In this document: one piece after another, positions 1 through 9,493 of the stretch | How the letters are laid out: every line of letters begins with the position of its first letter | Numbering within the stretch: the stretch's first letter is position 1 | Source of the DNA: a virus | IMG/VR virus record: IMGVR_UViG_3300035703_000033 | Location: 32,001-96,000 of that record | Direction: 5' to 3' (one strand) | DNA: 64,000 nucleotides | Made by a program: the position numbers and the translations under genes | The notes under the pieces: model-generated | Databases searched by the model: none | Seen by the model: the letters and a program-made list of their open reading frames with translations, nothing else | What the model was told of the DNA's origin: nothing

Positions 1-246
1 TCCGCTAAAATGCAGGTGCGTGATACCAAGGGCGGAAGTAAATTAGCTTTTACTCTAACATCCCCTTCTGGTGGAATTACTATTGACGAGCCAAATGGAA
101 AATTGACTATTAAGATCACTCCTACTCAAACCAATAAAATGTTTTATCCTAAATCAGCATATGACATAATGGTAGTAGACTCAAACGGCAATAAAATAAA
201 ATTGCTTGAGGGTTTTATGACACTGAGTAGGAGTGTGACTATTTAA
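1..246 (+). CDS. virion structural/baseplate-type protein, 5'-truncated by window edge
   Basis: Frame is open from base 1 (tcc gct aaa atg); heads the tail-fibre cluster. Confidence 0.5.
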   Translation, partial: SAKMQVRDTKGGSKLAFTLTSPSGGITIDEPNGKLTIKITPTQTNKMFYPKSAYDIMVVDSNGNKIKLLEGFMTLSRSVTI

Positions 247-695
247 TGGCAGATATAGTAAAAGTAATAGAGCAAAAAAATAAAGTAATTGTTTCTTCTC
301 CAGGACCTCAAGGGCCAAGGGGTAAAACCATTCTTAGTGGAAATGGTTTACCTGCCTCAAATTTAGGTTTAGAAGGAGATTTTTATTACGATAAAGATTC
401 TGCTGCATTTTATGGACCAAAGCTTTCAGACTTAAGTTGGTCAGATGCAACAGTAATTGAATTTGCTACAACAGAAAATGTATCTTATTCAACTTCGTGG
501 GAGCTTTCTCAAGTTGTTGGCCCAATAAATGGTGAATACTCTATACAAATAACACATAACTTAGGATACAGTCCAAGCGTTACGATTAAGTCAAGCTCTG
601 GAGATATTGTTGAAACTGGTATCAACTACGACTCACTTAATTCACTAACACTTGTAATGGCACAACCATTTTCTGGAACAGTATACCTATCATAA
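246..695 (+). CDS. tail-fibre accessory protein with short collagen-like GPQGPRG
   Basis: GPQGPRG, GDFYYD motif, C-terminal ITHNLG module shared with next ORF. Confidence 0.55.
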   Translation: MADIVKVIEQKNKVIVSSPGPQGPRGKTILSGNGLPASNLGLEGDFYYDKDSAAFYGPKLSDLSWSDATVIEFATTENVSYSTSWELSQVVGPINGEYSIQITHNLGYSPSVTIKSSSGDIVETGINYDSLNSLTLVMAQPFSGTVYLS

Positions 696-706
696 GGAGA
701 TAAAAA

Positions 707-1774
707 ATGGCAAGAAAATTTTTGGTAAGCGTCGACCTAAATAAAAATGAACTTCTCAATGCCAGAATTCAGAATTTAGGTAGTGCCCCATCCAGCCCAG
801 TAACTGGTCAAATTTATTACAATACTGGAGATAATACACTTTACTTCTGGAATGGATCAGACTGGATTCCAACATCTGGTTCTCAAGAAGTAATTCAAGA
901 TTTAATAGGCTCTTCTATAGAGGGTGGAACTGGGTTAACAAAAACCTATAATGATTCCACTGGAGTAACAACTTTAGATTTAGACAATACTGCAGTAACC
1001 CCAGGAAGTTATGGATCTTCAAATGCAATTCCAACATTTACCGTTGACGCACAGGGTAGATTAACTTCTGCAGGAGAGACAGATCTTCCAGATCCAGTAA
1101 TAACACTCTCTGGAGATGTAACTGGTTCTGCTACGATGACAGATCTTGGCGATGTTACTATAACAACTACCATACAGCCAAATTCTGTTGCGCTAGGTAC
1201 AGATACTACAGGAAATTACATTGCAACAATTTCTGGAACAGCAAATGAAATTGTTGTAAGCGGTTCTGGCTCTGAATCAGCTGCAGTTACAATTGGACTT
1301 CCAGATGACGTAGAGATAGCTGGCAATTTAACTGTAAATGGAAATTTAGATGTAGCAGGCTCAATTAATTCAGTAAATACAACAGAAGTCAATATACTTG
1401 ATAATAAGGTTGTATTGAATTCAAATGTAACTGGAGCTCCATCAGCTAATGCTGGATTAAAAGTAGAACGTGGAACATCTTCTGATGTTGAGTTATTATG
1501 GAATGAGACAGCAGATCAGTGGCAATTAACAAATGATGGAACCAACTATCATGAGGTTACTAGAAAGTATAAGCAAACACTTTCTACTTCTGCAACATCT
1601 TATACTGTCACACATAATTTAAATACTCAAGATGTTGTGGTTCAAATTTATGAAGTTGCTTCACCTTATCAGCAGGTATTTACAGATGTTGAGCATACAA
1701 GTGCAAATGTTGTAACAATCAAGTTTGCCGCAGCACCAACAGCTGGAGAATATAGAGTAGTAGTAATAGGATAA
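707..1774 (+). CDS. tail fibre-like protein
   Basis: SD aaggag; G/T/S-rich fibre motifs (TVDAQGRLTSA, GLKVERGT); C-terminal VTHNLN module. Confidence 0.65.
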   Translation: MARKFLVSVDLNKNELLNARIQNLGSAPSSPVTGQIYYNTGDNTLYFWNGSDWIPTSGSQEVIQDLIGSSIEGGTGLTKTYNDSTGVTTLDLDNTAVTPGSYGSSNAIPTFTVDAQGRLTSAGETDLPDPVITLSGDVTGSATMTDLGDVTITTTIQPNSVALGTDTTGNYIATISGTANEIVVSGSGSESAAVTIGLPDDVEIAGNLTVNGNLDVAGSINSVNTTEVNILDNKVVLNSNVTGAPSANAGLKVERGTSSDVELLWNETADQWQLTNDGTNYHEVTRKYKQTLSTSATSYTVTHNLNTQDVVVQIYEVASPYQQVFTDVEHTSANVVTIKFAAAPTAGEYRVVVIG

Positions 1775-1781
1775 AATAATA

Positions 1782-2156
1782 ATGGCCAAGTTTAAATCAT
1801 TATTAAATTTAGTAACACTCCAAGCAGATCCAAATTCTGGTTCTGCTGGAGATGTTTACTTTAATACTGTATCAAAAAATTTAAAGATACATAATGGTTT
1901 ATCTTGGGTTGACTTAACACCAGGTTCTTCCGATCCAGCTCCTTTTTATATGCATACACATACTTATGATGGAGATGTTCATACCATTACAATTGATAAC
2001 ATGGTAACTTTTGATGATGACATTAACAATATTGCATCAACAGAAGAACAAATTCCTGCTATAATTGGATTTGACGGCGGAAGTCCAAATTCAATATATG
2101 ACAATGTATCTTATAAAGAACTAACATTGTTAGACGGAGGCGAAATTGGCAACTAA
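1782..2156 (+). CDS. small fibre-associated protein
   Basis: N-terminus resembles that of 707..1774 (GDVYFNT vs GQIYYNT); C-terminal DGG motifs. Confidence 0.5.
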   Translation: MAKFKSLLNLVTLQADPNSGSAGDVYFNTVSKNLKIHNGLSWVDLTPGSSDPAPFYMHTHTYDGDVHTITIDNMVTFDDDINNIASTEEQIPAIIGFDGGSPNSIYDNVSYKELTLLDGGEIGN

Positions 2157-3240
2157 TTTCCCAGAAGAATTAGACAATTTATCTAATCCATCATCTACAG
2201 ATTCAATGCAGGGACATGCAGACCTTCACACAAATGTAAATGACGCTTTAGAGGCATTACAAACAAAAGTAGGTATAGACGGTTCAACAGACGCAACCTC
2301 TCTAGATTATAGAGTAACAGCGCTTGAGGTTGCTCCTCCAAGCACAGAAGCAAAGCTAATATATGAAACAGTAAGTAACAATACTGGTAGCGAAATAGCT
2401 AAAGGTAAAGCTGTTTACGTTAGCGGAGCAGTTGGCGCATCTGGTAAATTAAGAGTATCATTAGCATCTAATGCAGCAGAATCAACATCAACAAAAACTT
2501 TTGGAATAACTAGAGCTGCAATTGCAAATGGCTCTGAAGGAGAAGTTGTTTCAGAAGGATTGCTTCAAGGTATTAATACTGTTGGAGCAAATGACGGTGA
2601 TCCAGTCTGGCTTGGAACAGGCGGAAGCCTATTATTTGGTTTAGCAAATAAGCCATCAGCTCCATCGCACCTAGTATTTCTTGGTATAGTAATTAGAGGC
2701 GGTCAATCAAACACTGGCTCTATGTTTGTAAAAGTTCAAAATGGTTTTGAGCTAGAAGAACTTCATAATATACAATTAACAAACGTTCAAGACGGAGATG
2801 TATTAAAATATGATTCGTCATTGGGCTTATGGATAAACTCAAATGAGTTTGCAACAACATCTTATGTAGATGATGCAATATCTACTATTGGAAACTCAGT
2901 AGATTCAGTCACTACATTACTTGGTTTAGAGGGTAATAATGACCTGGTGATTTCTGGAATAGAAAATCAAACCCAAGTAGATCAGTTTGCTATATCAGAT
3001 TATAGAACAGTTAAATATCATCTACAGATATCAAGGGGAACAGATTTTTATGTTTCTGACTTTTTGTTGTTAGCAGATGGTACCAATATAAATGTAGTAG
3101 AATCAAATGTAATATCAAACACTTCAAATGCTCTTGCAAATATTAGTTTTGAAGAAAATTCAGGTATAATTAGTCTATATGTGACACCTACTGGATCTGC
3201 TGTAACAGCAAGATTTGTTAGAACGTCATTAAAGGCTTAA
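2146..3240 (+). CDS. tail fibre/minor structural protein
   Basis: TTG start after ggagg; C-terminal DYRTVKY domain paralogous to DYRSAKF in 3256..4800. Confidence 0.55.
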   Translation: MATNFPEELDNLSNPSSTDSMQGHADLHTNVNDALEALQTKVGIDGSTDATSLDYRVTALEVAPPSTEAKLIYETVSNNTGSEIAKGKAVYVSGAVGASGKLRVSLASNAAESTSTKTFGITRAAIANGSEGEVVSEGLLQGINTVGANDGDPVWLGTGGSLLFGLANKPSAPSHLVFLGIVIRGGQSNTGSMFVKVQNGFELEELHNIQLTNVQDGDVLKYDSSLGLWINSNEFATTSYVDDAISTIGNSVDSVTTLLGLEGNNDLVISGIENQTQVDQFAISDYRTVKYHLQISRGTDFYVSDFLLLADGTNINVVESNVISNTSNALANISFEENSGIISLYVTPTGSAVTARFVRTSLKA

Positions 3241-3255
3241 TAAGGGGGTTGCAAT

Positions 3256-4800
3256 ATGGCAACAGTAAACAAAAACTTTAGAATTAAAAATGGTTTGGTT
3301 GTTGAGGGATCAACAGCTACCGTAAACGGCGAGGATATCTTAACCAGATCCCAAGCCGATCAATCTTATATAGTCAATTTAATTGGCGGTACAGCAACTT
3401 CACAAAATACACCAGATACTGTTGTTAAAAGAGACGGATCTGGCAACTTTGCTGCAGGAACAATTACAGCAAACCTTACAGGTGATGTAACTGGTACAGT
3501 TTCAAGCATTTCTAACCACGATTCAGATGATTTATCAGAAGGTTCTTTAAACCTATATTTCACAGATGCTCGTGCAAGAGCTGCTCTATCAAGCGGAACA
3601 GGTATAGATTATAACTCATCAACAGGTGTAATAGCTGTTGATAACACAATTGCGACAAAGACATACGCAGATAATGCAGCAGAGTCAGCAGTAAATGCTC
3701 TCGATACAGATGATATCGAAGAGGGAGCATCTAATTTATACTTTACAAATCAGAGAGCGCTTGATGCAACAGCGGCTGCTTATGACGCAGCAGGTTCTGC
3801 TTCAACAGCACAGACTGCAGCACAAGGCTATACAGATTCTCAGCTAGAAGATTATACAACAACAGCACAGCTAGATACAGTTATTGATAATCTAGGATAT
3901 TTAAAGTCAGCAGACCTTACAGGATATGCAACAGAAGGATATGCCGATGGCGCAGCATCTAATGCACAATCAGCAGCAGAAGCAAATGCATCTACATATA
4001 CAGATAATGCCATAAATGCTTTAGATACAGACGATATTGAAGAGGGTACAGTAAATAAGTACTACACAGACACTAGAGTTTTATCATGGCTTTCTGATAA
4101 AGGTGGAACTGGAATTGATATTGACTCTGTAAGTGGTCAAATATCTATAGATAATACAGTTGCAACAACATCTTATGTCGATACAGCAATTAATAATCTT
4201 GTTGATGGAGCTCCAGGACTCCTAGATACTCTAAATGAGATTGCAGCAGCAATTAATGATGATGCAAATTACTTTACAACAGTAACAAATGCAATTAATG
4301 CTAAGCAGAACAACTTAACAGCTGGCGCAAATATTGATATCACAAACGATACAATATCTGTAACTGGTTTAGATACAGATGACGTTGCAGAAGGCACAAA
4401 CCTATATTTCACAGATGCCCGTGCTCGTGATGCAGTAGATGGAACAGACCGCTCATTTACATCTGTAGCAATTAATGAAGTTTCAAAGGAAGTTGCTGCA
4501 ACTACTGGTAATATTGCAACAGCAGCAGCCACAACAGCATATTCTTGGCTAAAGACAGATTATAGAAGCGCCAAGTTTATGGTTAAAATTAAGAATGGCA
4601 CACATACAGAGGTTTCTGAAATTCTCGTAACTCTTGATACTTCTGATAATGTTTATCTAACAGAATACGGAATGTCTTCAACTAGCGGAACATCTCTTGG
4701 AACAATTTCAGCAGATGTCAGCTCAAATGATGTAAGAATCCGTGTAACACCAGCAAACAACAACTCAGAAGTTATTGTAGCTGGAACACTATTAATATAA
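3256..4800 (+). CDS. tail fibre protein with four D(T/S)DDxxEG..NLYFT repeats
   Basis: Repeats visible in the translation; APGLLDTLNEIAAAI fibre motif. Confidence 0.7.
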   Translation: MATVNKNFRIKNGLVVEGSTATVNGEDILTRSQADQSYIVNLIGGTATSQNTPDTVVKRDGSGNFAAGTITANLTGDVTGTVSSISNHDSDDLSEGSLNLYFTDARARAALSSGTGIDYNSSTGVIAVDNTIATKTYADNAAESAVNALDTDDIEEGASNLYFTNQRALDATAAAYDAAGSASTAQTAAQGYTDSQLEDYTTTAQLDTVIDNLGYLKSADLTGYATEGYADGAASNAQSAAEANASTYTDNAINALDTDDIEEGTVNKYYTDTRVLSWLSDKGGTGIDIDSVSGQISIDNTVATTSYVDTAINNLVDGAPGLLDTLNEIAAAINDDANYFTTVTNAINAKQNNLTAGANIDITNDTISVTGLDTDDVAEGTNLYFTDARARDAVDGTDRSFTSVAINEVSKEVAATTGNIATAAATTAYSWLKTDYRSAKFMVKIKNGTHTEVSEILVTLDTSDNVYLTEYGMSSTSGTSLGTISADVSSNDVRIRVTPANNNSEVIVAGTLLI

Positions 4801-4865
4801 TTAAATAAAAGGCTAGGGGAGAGCCAGAAATCTCCCCAAAATCAAATTCGGGGGATAGGGAACTC

Positions 4866-5204
4866 GTGACAACAAACAATAAAGATTTTAAAGTTAAGAA
4901 TGGCCTTGTAGTTGAGGGTAATCAAATAACACTAGGAGATACTCCAGTGGCCTTCAATACCTCCACAAGCAAATTAGAGATTTATATAAATGGCGCTTGG
5001 CAGCCAATAGCATTTACTTCAGATATTCCAGATGTACCAGAAATTACATTTATGGATATTGGATTAGCTATTGACTATAATGGTGATCCAATATATACAG
5101 TTCAGGCTAACGGTGTAGTAACCTCAGCCACAAAATTCGCAGATGGGGGAACTCCATCAACATCTTCTTTTGGTATGACCTTTGACTCAGGTTCTATCAA
5201 TTAA
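4866..5204 (+). CDS. small fibre-associated protein
   Basis: N-terminus NKDFKVKNGLVVEG nearly identical to NKNFRIKNGLVVEG of 3256..4800. Confidence 0.55.
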   Translation: MTTNNKDFKVKNGLVVEGNQITLGDTPVAFNTSTSKLEIYINGAWQPIAFTSDIPDVPEITFMDIGLAIDYNGDPIYTVQANGVVTSATKFADGGTPSTSSFGMTFDSGSIN

Positions 5205-5234
5205 GAAGACAAAATGATATAATAAGGAGTAATT

Positions 5235-7598
5235 ATGGCAACAGTAAGAATTCAACTAAGAAGAGGCACAGCCGCTGAATGGACAGCCACAAACCCTGTC
5301 TTGGCCGCTGGCGAAATGGGTCTGGAGACAGACACTGGCGATTTTAAATTTGGTAATGGTACAGACACATGGAGCAACCTTGCATATTCATTAGGTAATG
5401 CAATAGATGACTACATTCCTTTATCTGAAAAGGGTGTAGCTGACGGAGTTGCTACCCTAGATTCATCAGGTTTAGTACCACTAGCACAGCTTCCAGGGGC
5501 AGCAGCTTTGGATGCAGAGGTAAGCTCAGCAATTTCTGATCATAATTCAGATACCACAAATGTACATGGTATAGCTGACACATCGATATTAGTAACAACA
5601 TCAGGAACACAAACATTAACTTCAAAGAGCTTAACTTCACCAGCTCTTACTGGAACACCTACCGCTCCAACAGCAGTAGTAGGAACAGATACAACTCAAA
5701 TTGCTACAACTGCATTCGTACAAGATGCAATCGAAGCAGTTGTAGGTGCAGCTCCAGCAGCATTAGATACATTGGCTGAAATTGCAACATCTTTAAATGA
5801 TGATGCGGATTTGGCTGGAACATTAACAACATCAATTTCAGAGAAGGTAGCCAAGTCTGGCGATACAATGTCTGGAGCTCTTGATATGGGGTCTAACAAG
5901 GTTACAAATCTTGCAAGTCCTACAACAATTTATGATGCAGCAAATAAGTTTTATGTAGATTCTAGATCAGCAGCAGATGTCGGAGGACACGCAAGCACCA
6001 CAACAAATGTTCATGGAATCGCAGATACTACACAATTAGTAGTGCAGTCTGATGAAAGATTAACAAACGAAAGATATCCTGTTCCTTTATCTGTTACAGA
6101 AGGCAAGATTGCTAATGCTGCTGTTACAGAATCAAAGATTGCAGATAGCTCAGTATCTAATTCAAAGCTTGCAGATGGATCAGTTACTACTGTAAAGATT
6201 GCAGATGATTCTGTTAGCACAGCAAAAATTGCTGATAATGCAATTTCTACAGATAAAATTGCTGATGCTGCTATAACAAATGCTAAAATAGCAGGAAACT
6301 CTATAACTGCTTCTTTAATGCAGGACAATTCAATAGATACAGCTGCAATAGTTGACAGTGCTGTAACTTCAGCTAAAATTGCAATTTCAGCAGTTGAGGA
6401 ATCAAAAATTGCAGATGATGCAGTTTCTACTTCTAAGATTCTTAATTTAGCTGTCACAGAAGATAAAATTAACACATCAGCTGTTACAGAAGGCAAGATT
6501 GCTAATGCTGCTGTTACAGAAAATAAAATCGCAGATGGTTCTGTAACTTCAGCTAAGATTGCAAATGGATCTATAGTTAATGAAGATATTTCAACTACTG
6601 CAGCAATTGCTCAGTCTAAAATTGCAGATTTAACAACAGATCTTGCAGCCAAAGCACTTGATTCAGATCTTGATGCACATATAAATGCAACTACTTCGGT
6701 ACATGGAATTGCAGACACATCTGTGCTTGCAACAGATTCTGATGTAAGTGCTGCACAGACAGCTGCAGAGGCGCATGCAGATTCTGCAGTATCTACACAC
6801 AATTCTGATACAACTTCTGTACATGGAATTTCTGATACTTCTCAGCTAGCATATAAGAATGCTGCAAATCAGACATTTACAGGAAATATGGAAGTTGATG
6901 GAAATCTTGTAGTAGATGGAGACTTTACTGTAAATGGAACAAACTTCTCTGCTTCAGCAACATCAATTGTCATCGAGGACAACATGGTTCAGCTTGCACA
7001 TCAAAATGCTGCAAATACAGTAGACCTTGGTCTTGTAGTTGCATATAATGATGGTTCAGCAAAGCACTCTGGTATTGTAAGAGATGTTTCTGCAGATAAG
7101 TGGAAGCTATTTAAGGGTGTAACAACAGAGCCAACAACCACAGTTGACTTTACACAGGGATCCCTAGATGATCTTCAGGTGAAGAACCTAGATGCTGTTG
7201 CAATTACAGCTACTGGAGCAATTACAGCATCTTCTTCTGGAGTAGTCTTTACAGATGGCACTCAGACAAAAGCTGGAGTTCCGTCTATCACACCAATTGC
7301 AGAAAAGACTGCAAACTATACACTTTCAAGCTTAACAGAAAGAGATACTCTTATTGAGGTAAATCATACAGGAGGAACTGCAGTTACAATTACTGTACCT
7401 TCAGATGCTACTGTAAACTTCCCAGTAGGAACATCAATCGATATTTTAAGAACAAATACTGGAGAAGTAACAATTGCTGGCTCAGGCGCTACAGTGAATG
7501 CTACACCAGGATTAAAGTTAAGAGCTCAGTGGTCAAGCGCAACTCTATTTAAGAGAGCGGCAAACACATGGGTACTATTCGGAGACCTAAAGGCATAA
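5235..7598 (+). CDS. long tail fibre: Mtd-N/hyaluronidase-type N-terminal anchor plus decapeptide repeats
   Basis: IQLRRGTAAEWTATNPVLAAGEMGLETDTG N-terminus; AVTxxKIADG repeats; C-terminal LRAQWSSATLFKR..WVLFGDL domain. Confidence 0.75.
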   Translation: MATVRIQLRRGTAAEWTATNPVLAAGEMGLETDTGDFKFGNGTDTWSNLAYSLGNAIDDYIPLSEKGVADGVATLDSSGLVPLAQLPGAAALDAEVSSAISDHNSDTTNVHGIADTSILVTTSGTQTLTSKSLTSPALTGTPTAPTAVVGTDTTQIATTAFVQDAIEAVVGAAPAALDTLAEIATSLNDDADLAGTLTTSISEKVAKSGDTMSGALDMGSNKVTNLASPTTIYDAANKFYVDSRSAADVGGHASTTTNVHGIADTTQLVVQSDERLTNERYPVPLSVTEGKIANAAVTESKIADSSVSNSKLADGSVTTVKIADDSVSTAKIADNAISTDKIADAAITNAKIAGNSITASLMQDNSIDTAAIVDSAVTSAKIAISAVEESKIADDAVSTSKILNLAVTEDKINTSAVTEGKIANAAVTENKIADGSVTSAKIANGSIVNEDISTTAAIAQSKIADLTTDLAAKALDSDLDAHINATTSVHGIADTSVLATDSDVSAAQTAAEAHADSAVSTHNSDTTSVHGISDTSQLAYKNAANQTFTGNMEVDGNLVVDGDFTVNGTNFSASATSIVIEDNMVQLAHQNAANTVDLGLVVAYNDGSAKHSGIVRDVSADKWKLFKGVTTEPTTTVDFTQGSLDDLQVKNLDAVAITATGAITASSSGVVFTDGTQTKAGVPSITPIAEKTANYTLSSLTERDTLIEVNHTGGTAVTITVPSDATVNFPVGTSIDILRTNTGEVTIAGSGATVNATPGLKLRAQWSSATLFKRAANTWVLFGDLKA
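6091..6630 (+). repeat. 30-bp / 10-aa tandem repeat (VTxxKIAxxA)
   Basis: Period visible in DNA and protein; 6091-6131 is identical to 6481-6521. Confidence 0.85.
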
Positions 7599-7608
7599 GG
7601 AGCAAATA

Positions 7609-8946
7609 ATGGCAATTAATAAAAGATCAGGAACAGGTTCTTCCGCACAGGATAACTTTATCGGACCAAATCCAGTTACTGGATTAACAGCAACAGATGT
7701 TGGTTCTGGAAGAGCATACAACGATGGTAGAATTGATTTGTCTTGGACAAACCCGTCTACTGGAAATACTCCAACAGGGTATAGAATTATTCGTGGTGGA
7801 ACTGAAATAGCAACAGTAGCTCATCCTAATAATACATACTCAAATACTGGGCTTTCTTCAGCCACTTCATATTCGTATGTAGTTCGTGCATATGATGATT
7901 ATGCTACAGCAGCAGATTCAAATACTGCTAGTGCTACAGCAACAACAGTTCCAGCTACAATGAGTGCTCCAAGTGCTACAGCTGGAGTTGATAAGGACAC
8001 ATTGTCTTGGACAGCACCAGCAAATGGTGGTTCAGCAATTACACTATATAGATGGACATCAAGCGACGGAAAGACTGGAACATCTACTGGAACATCAGTT
8101 GATATTTCTCAAGAAGCAAACACTGCACAAACATATCAAGTTAGAGCAGAGAATGCTAACGGAGCAGGAGTGTATTCTGGAAATTCAAATCAGGTTACAA
8201 CCCAGGCCCCAAGCTTCTTCGGTCCTCCAAGCTTCTTCGCCCCTCCAGGGTTCTTTGCCCCTCCAGGGTTCTTCGCCCCTCCAGGGTTCTTCGCCCCTCC
8301 AGGGTTCTTTGCCCCTCCAGGGTTCTTCGCCCCTCCAGGGTTCTTCGCCCCTCCAGGGTTCTTCGCCCCTCCAGGGTTCTTTTCTCCACCAAGCTTTTGG
8401 AAGTCTGTTGGAATTAACACTTTGATTAGAACACCTGGCGGAATGGTTTCTGCAGGACAGTTGGAAATTGGAGATGAGGTAATTGGTTTACGTATACCAG
8501 GTATACCAGATAACTATTGGTTACTTGATGACGGTTCATATGGCTCATACTCAGATTTTGTAATATCAGAAGAGCAATTAAATAATGCAGAAGAGACAAT
8601 TGTAACTGTTACAGGTAAGAGACTTCATGAGAATGCTGGAGCTGCAGCTGTTAATGGTGATATTTATACTATTAACCACTACATTCTAGCCAAGAGAAAT
8701 GGTGAAATTAAGTCTTTGAATGTTAAGGATTTATTGTCAGATGATCTTATATATAACTATCAGACAAAAGATTTTGTTCCAATAGAATCTCTTGAGATAA
8801 ATGAAGAAATTACAATTCAATCATATTCTATAAACGTAGAGCCATGGGACTTCTACTTTACAGAAAACGGTTTAACCTTTGATATGCAGGCGCTATCAGA
8901 GTCTCTGTCTGGATCTGATGATCCAGATGGTTCTGGCCCCCTATAA
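7609..8946 (+). CDS. 2x FN3 + (FFAPPG)n repeat + C-terminal Hint-like domain protein
   Basis: FN3 motifs (LSWTNP..GYRI; GLSSATSYSYVVRAY; YQVRAENANG); Pro-rich repeat; Hint blocks SVGINTLIRTPGG..LEIGDEV, TINH, YSINVEP..YFTENG. Confidence 0.8.
   Translation: MAINKRSGTGSSAQDNFIGPNPVTGLTATDVGSGRAYNDGRIDLSWTNPSTGNTPTGYRIIRGGTEIATVAHPNNTYSNTGLSSATSYSYVVRAYDDYATAADSNTASATATTVPATMSAPSATAGVDKDTLSWTAPANGGSAITLYRWTSSDGKTGTSTGTSVDISQEANTAQTYQVRAENANGAGVYSGNSNQVTTQAPSFFGPPSFFAPPGFFAPPGFFAPPGFFAPPGFFAPPGFFAPPGFFAPPGFFAPPGFFSPPSFWKSVGINTLIRTPGGMVSAGQLEIGDEVIGLRIPGIPDNYWLLDDGSYGSYSDFVISEEQLNNAEETIVTVTGKRLHENAGAAAVNGDIYTINHYILAKRNGEIKSLNVKDLLSDDLIYNYQTKDFVPIESLEINEEITIQSYSINVEPWDFYFTENGLTFDMQALSESLSGSDDPDGSGPL
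8215..8394 (+). repeat. 18-bp tandem repeat: 8 x ttcttYgcccctccaggg (FFAPPG) flanked by FFGPPS and FFSPPS
   Basis: Counted directly in the DNA; core 8233-8376. Confidence 0.97.
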
Positions 8947-8953
8947 AATATAG

Positions 8954-9493
8954 GTGAAATTTAAAGTAACAAGTACTGGTCAGGAGATAGAGAAATCTAT
9001 CTCCTATCAGTCTTTCCCAGAAGAGTTATATAATGAGGGTATATGGGGTCATTTTGCATTTATAGAAGATAAAGAAATGAATATTCGTGTTATATGTTCT
9101 GCTTATAACAATGATAGATATTCTCCAGGTACTGTTGTCGTATCGAATAAAATATTTAATGATTTTCCAATTGCTCAAAGTGCATGGAATATAAGTAATA
9201 AAATTAGTAGAATGTATGTTGATCCGTTTTATAGAAATAAAAAGGTTGCAACTTATAGTGTTATAACAAATGATATGTTAGCTAGAAAAATGGGTTATGA
9301 AATATGGTCTAATATATACGGAGAAAAAGGCGGTACTATAGCAGGCGACCAACTTTATAATAAAATATACGATTTAGGTTTTGAGGTAAAGAAAGCACAG
9401 ATAGACCTAAACGATATTTTTCAATATAGAAATTTTTCACACCCAATACATTACATAGATAAGAGACCAGTTTATGATGAATCAAGTCTATAG
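8954..9493 (+). CDS. GNAT-like acyltransferase
   Basis: RMYVDPFYRNKKVAT resembles GNAT motif A (V.P.YR..G.A). Confidence 0.5.
   Translation: MKFKVTSTGQEIEKSISYQSFPEELYNEGIWGHFAFIEDKEMNIRVICSAYNNDRYSPGTVVVSNKIFNDFPIAQSAWNISNKISRMYVDPFYRNKKVATYSVITNDMLARKMGYEIWSNIYGEKGGTIAGDQLYNKIYDLGFEVKKAQIDLNDIFQYRNFSHPIHYIDKRPVYDESSL

Noticed and set aside
4811-4860. Hairpin ggggaga/tctcccc as a terminator or riboswitch
   Set aside because: No U-tract on the + strand; alternative pairings are too short to support a switch.
5235-7598. Diversity-generating retroelement suggested by the Mtd-like N-terminus
   Set aside because: No reverse transcriptase or TR/VR pair was seen in the window; this N-terminal domain is a generic fibre anchor.
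8215-8394. CRISPR array
   Set aside because: Tandem units with no spacers, inside a coding frame.
7964-8425. Alternative-frame and antisense ORFs with PLQGSS, GGAKNP or RRTLEG repeats
   Set aside because: Shadows of the stop-free 18-bp repeat; only the FFAPPG frame joins the FN3 and Hint domains, and the variation is synonymous in that frame.
8404-8883. Mobile splicing intein
   Set aside because: No terminal His-Asn, no Cys/Ser/Thr at +1, no endonuclease domain, and only a short C-terminal tail.
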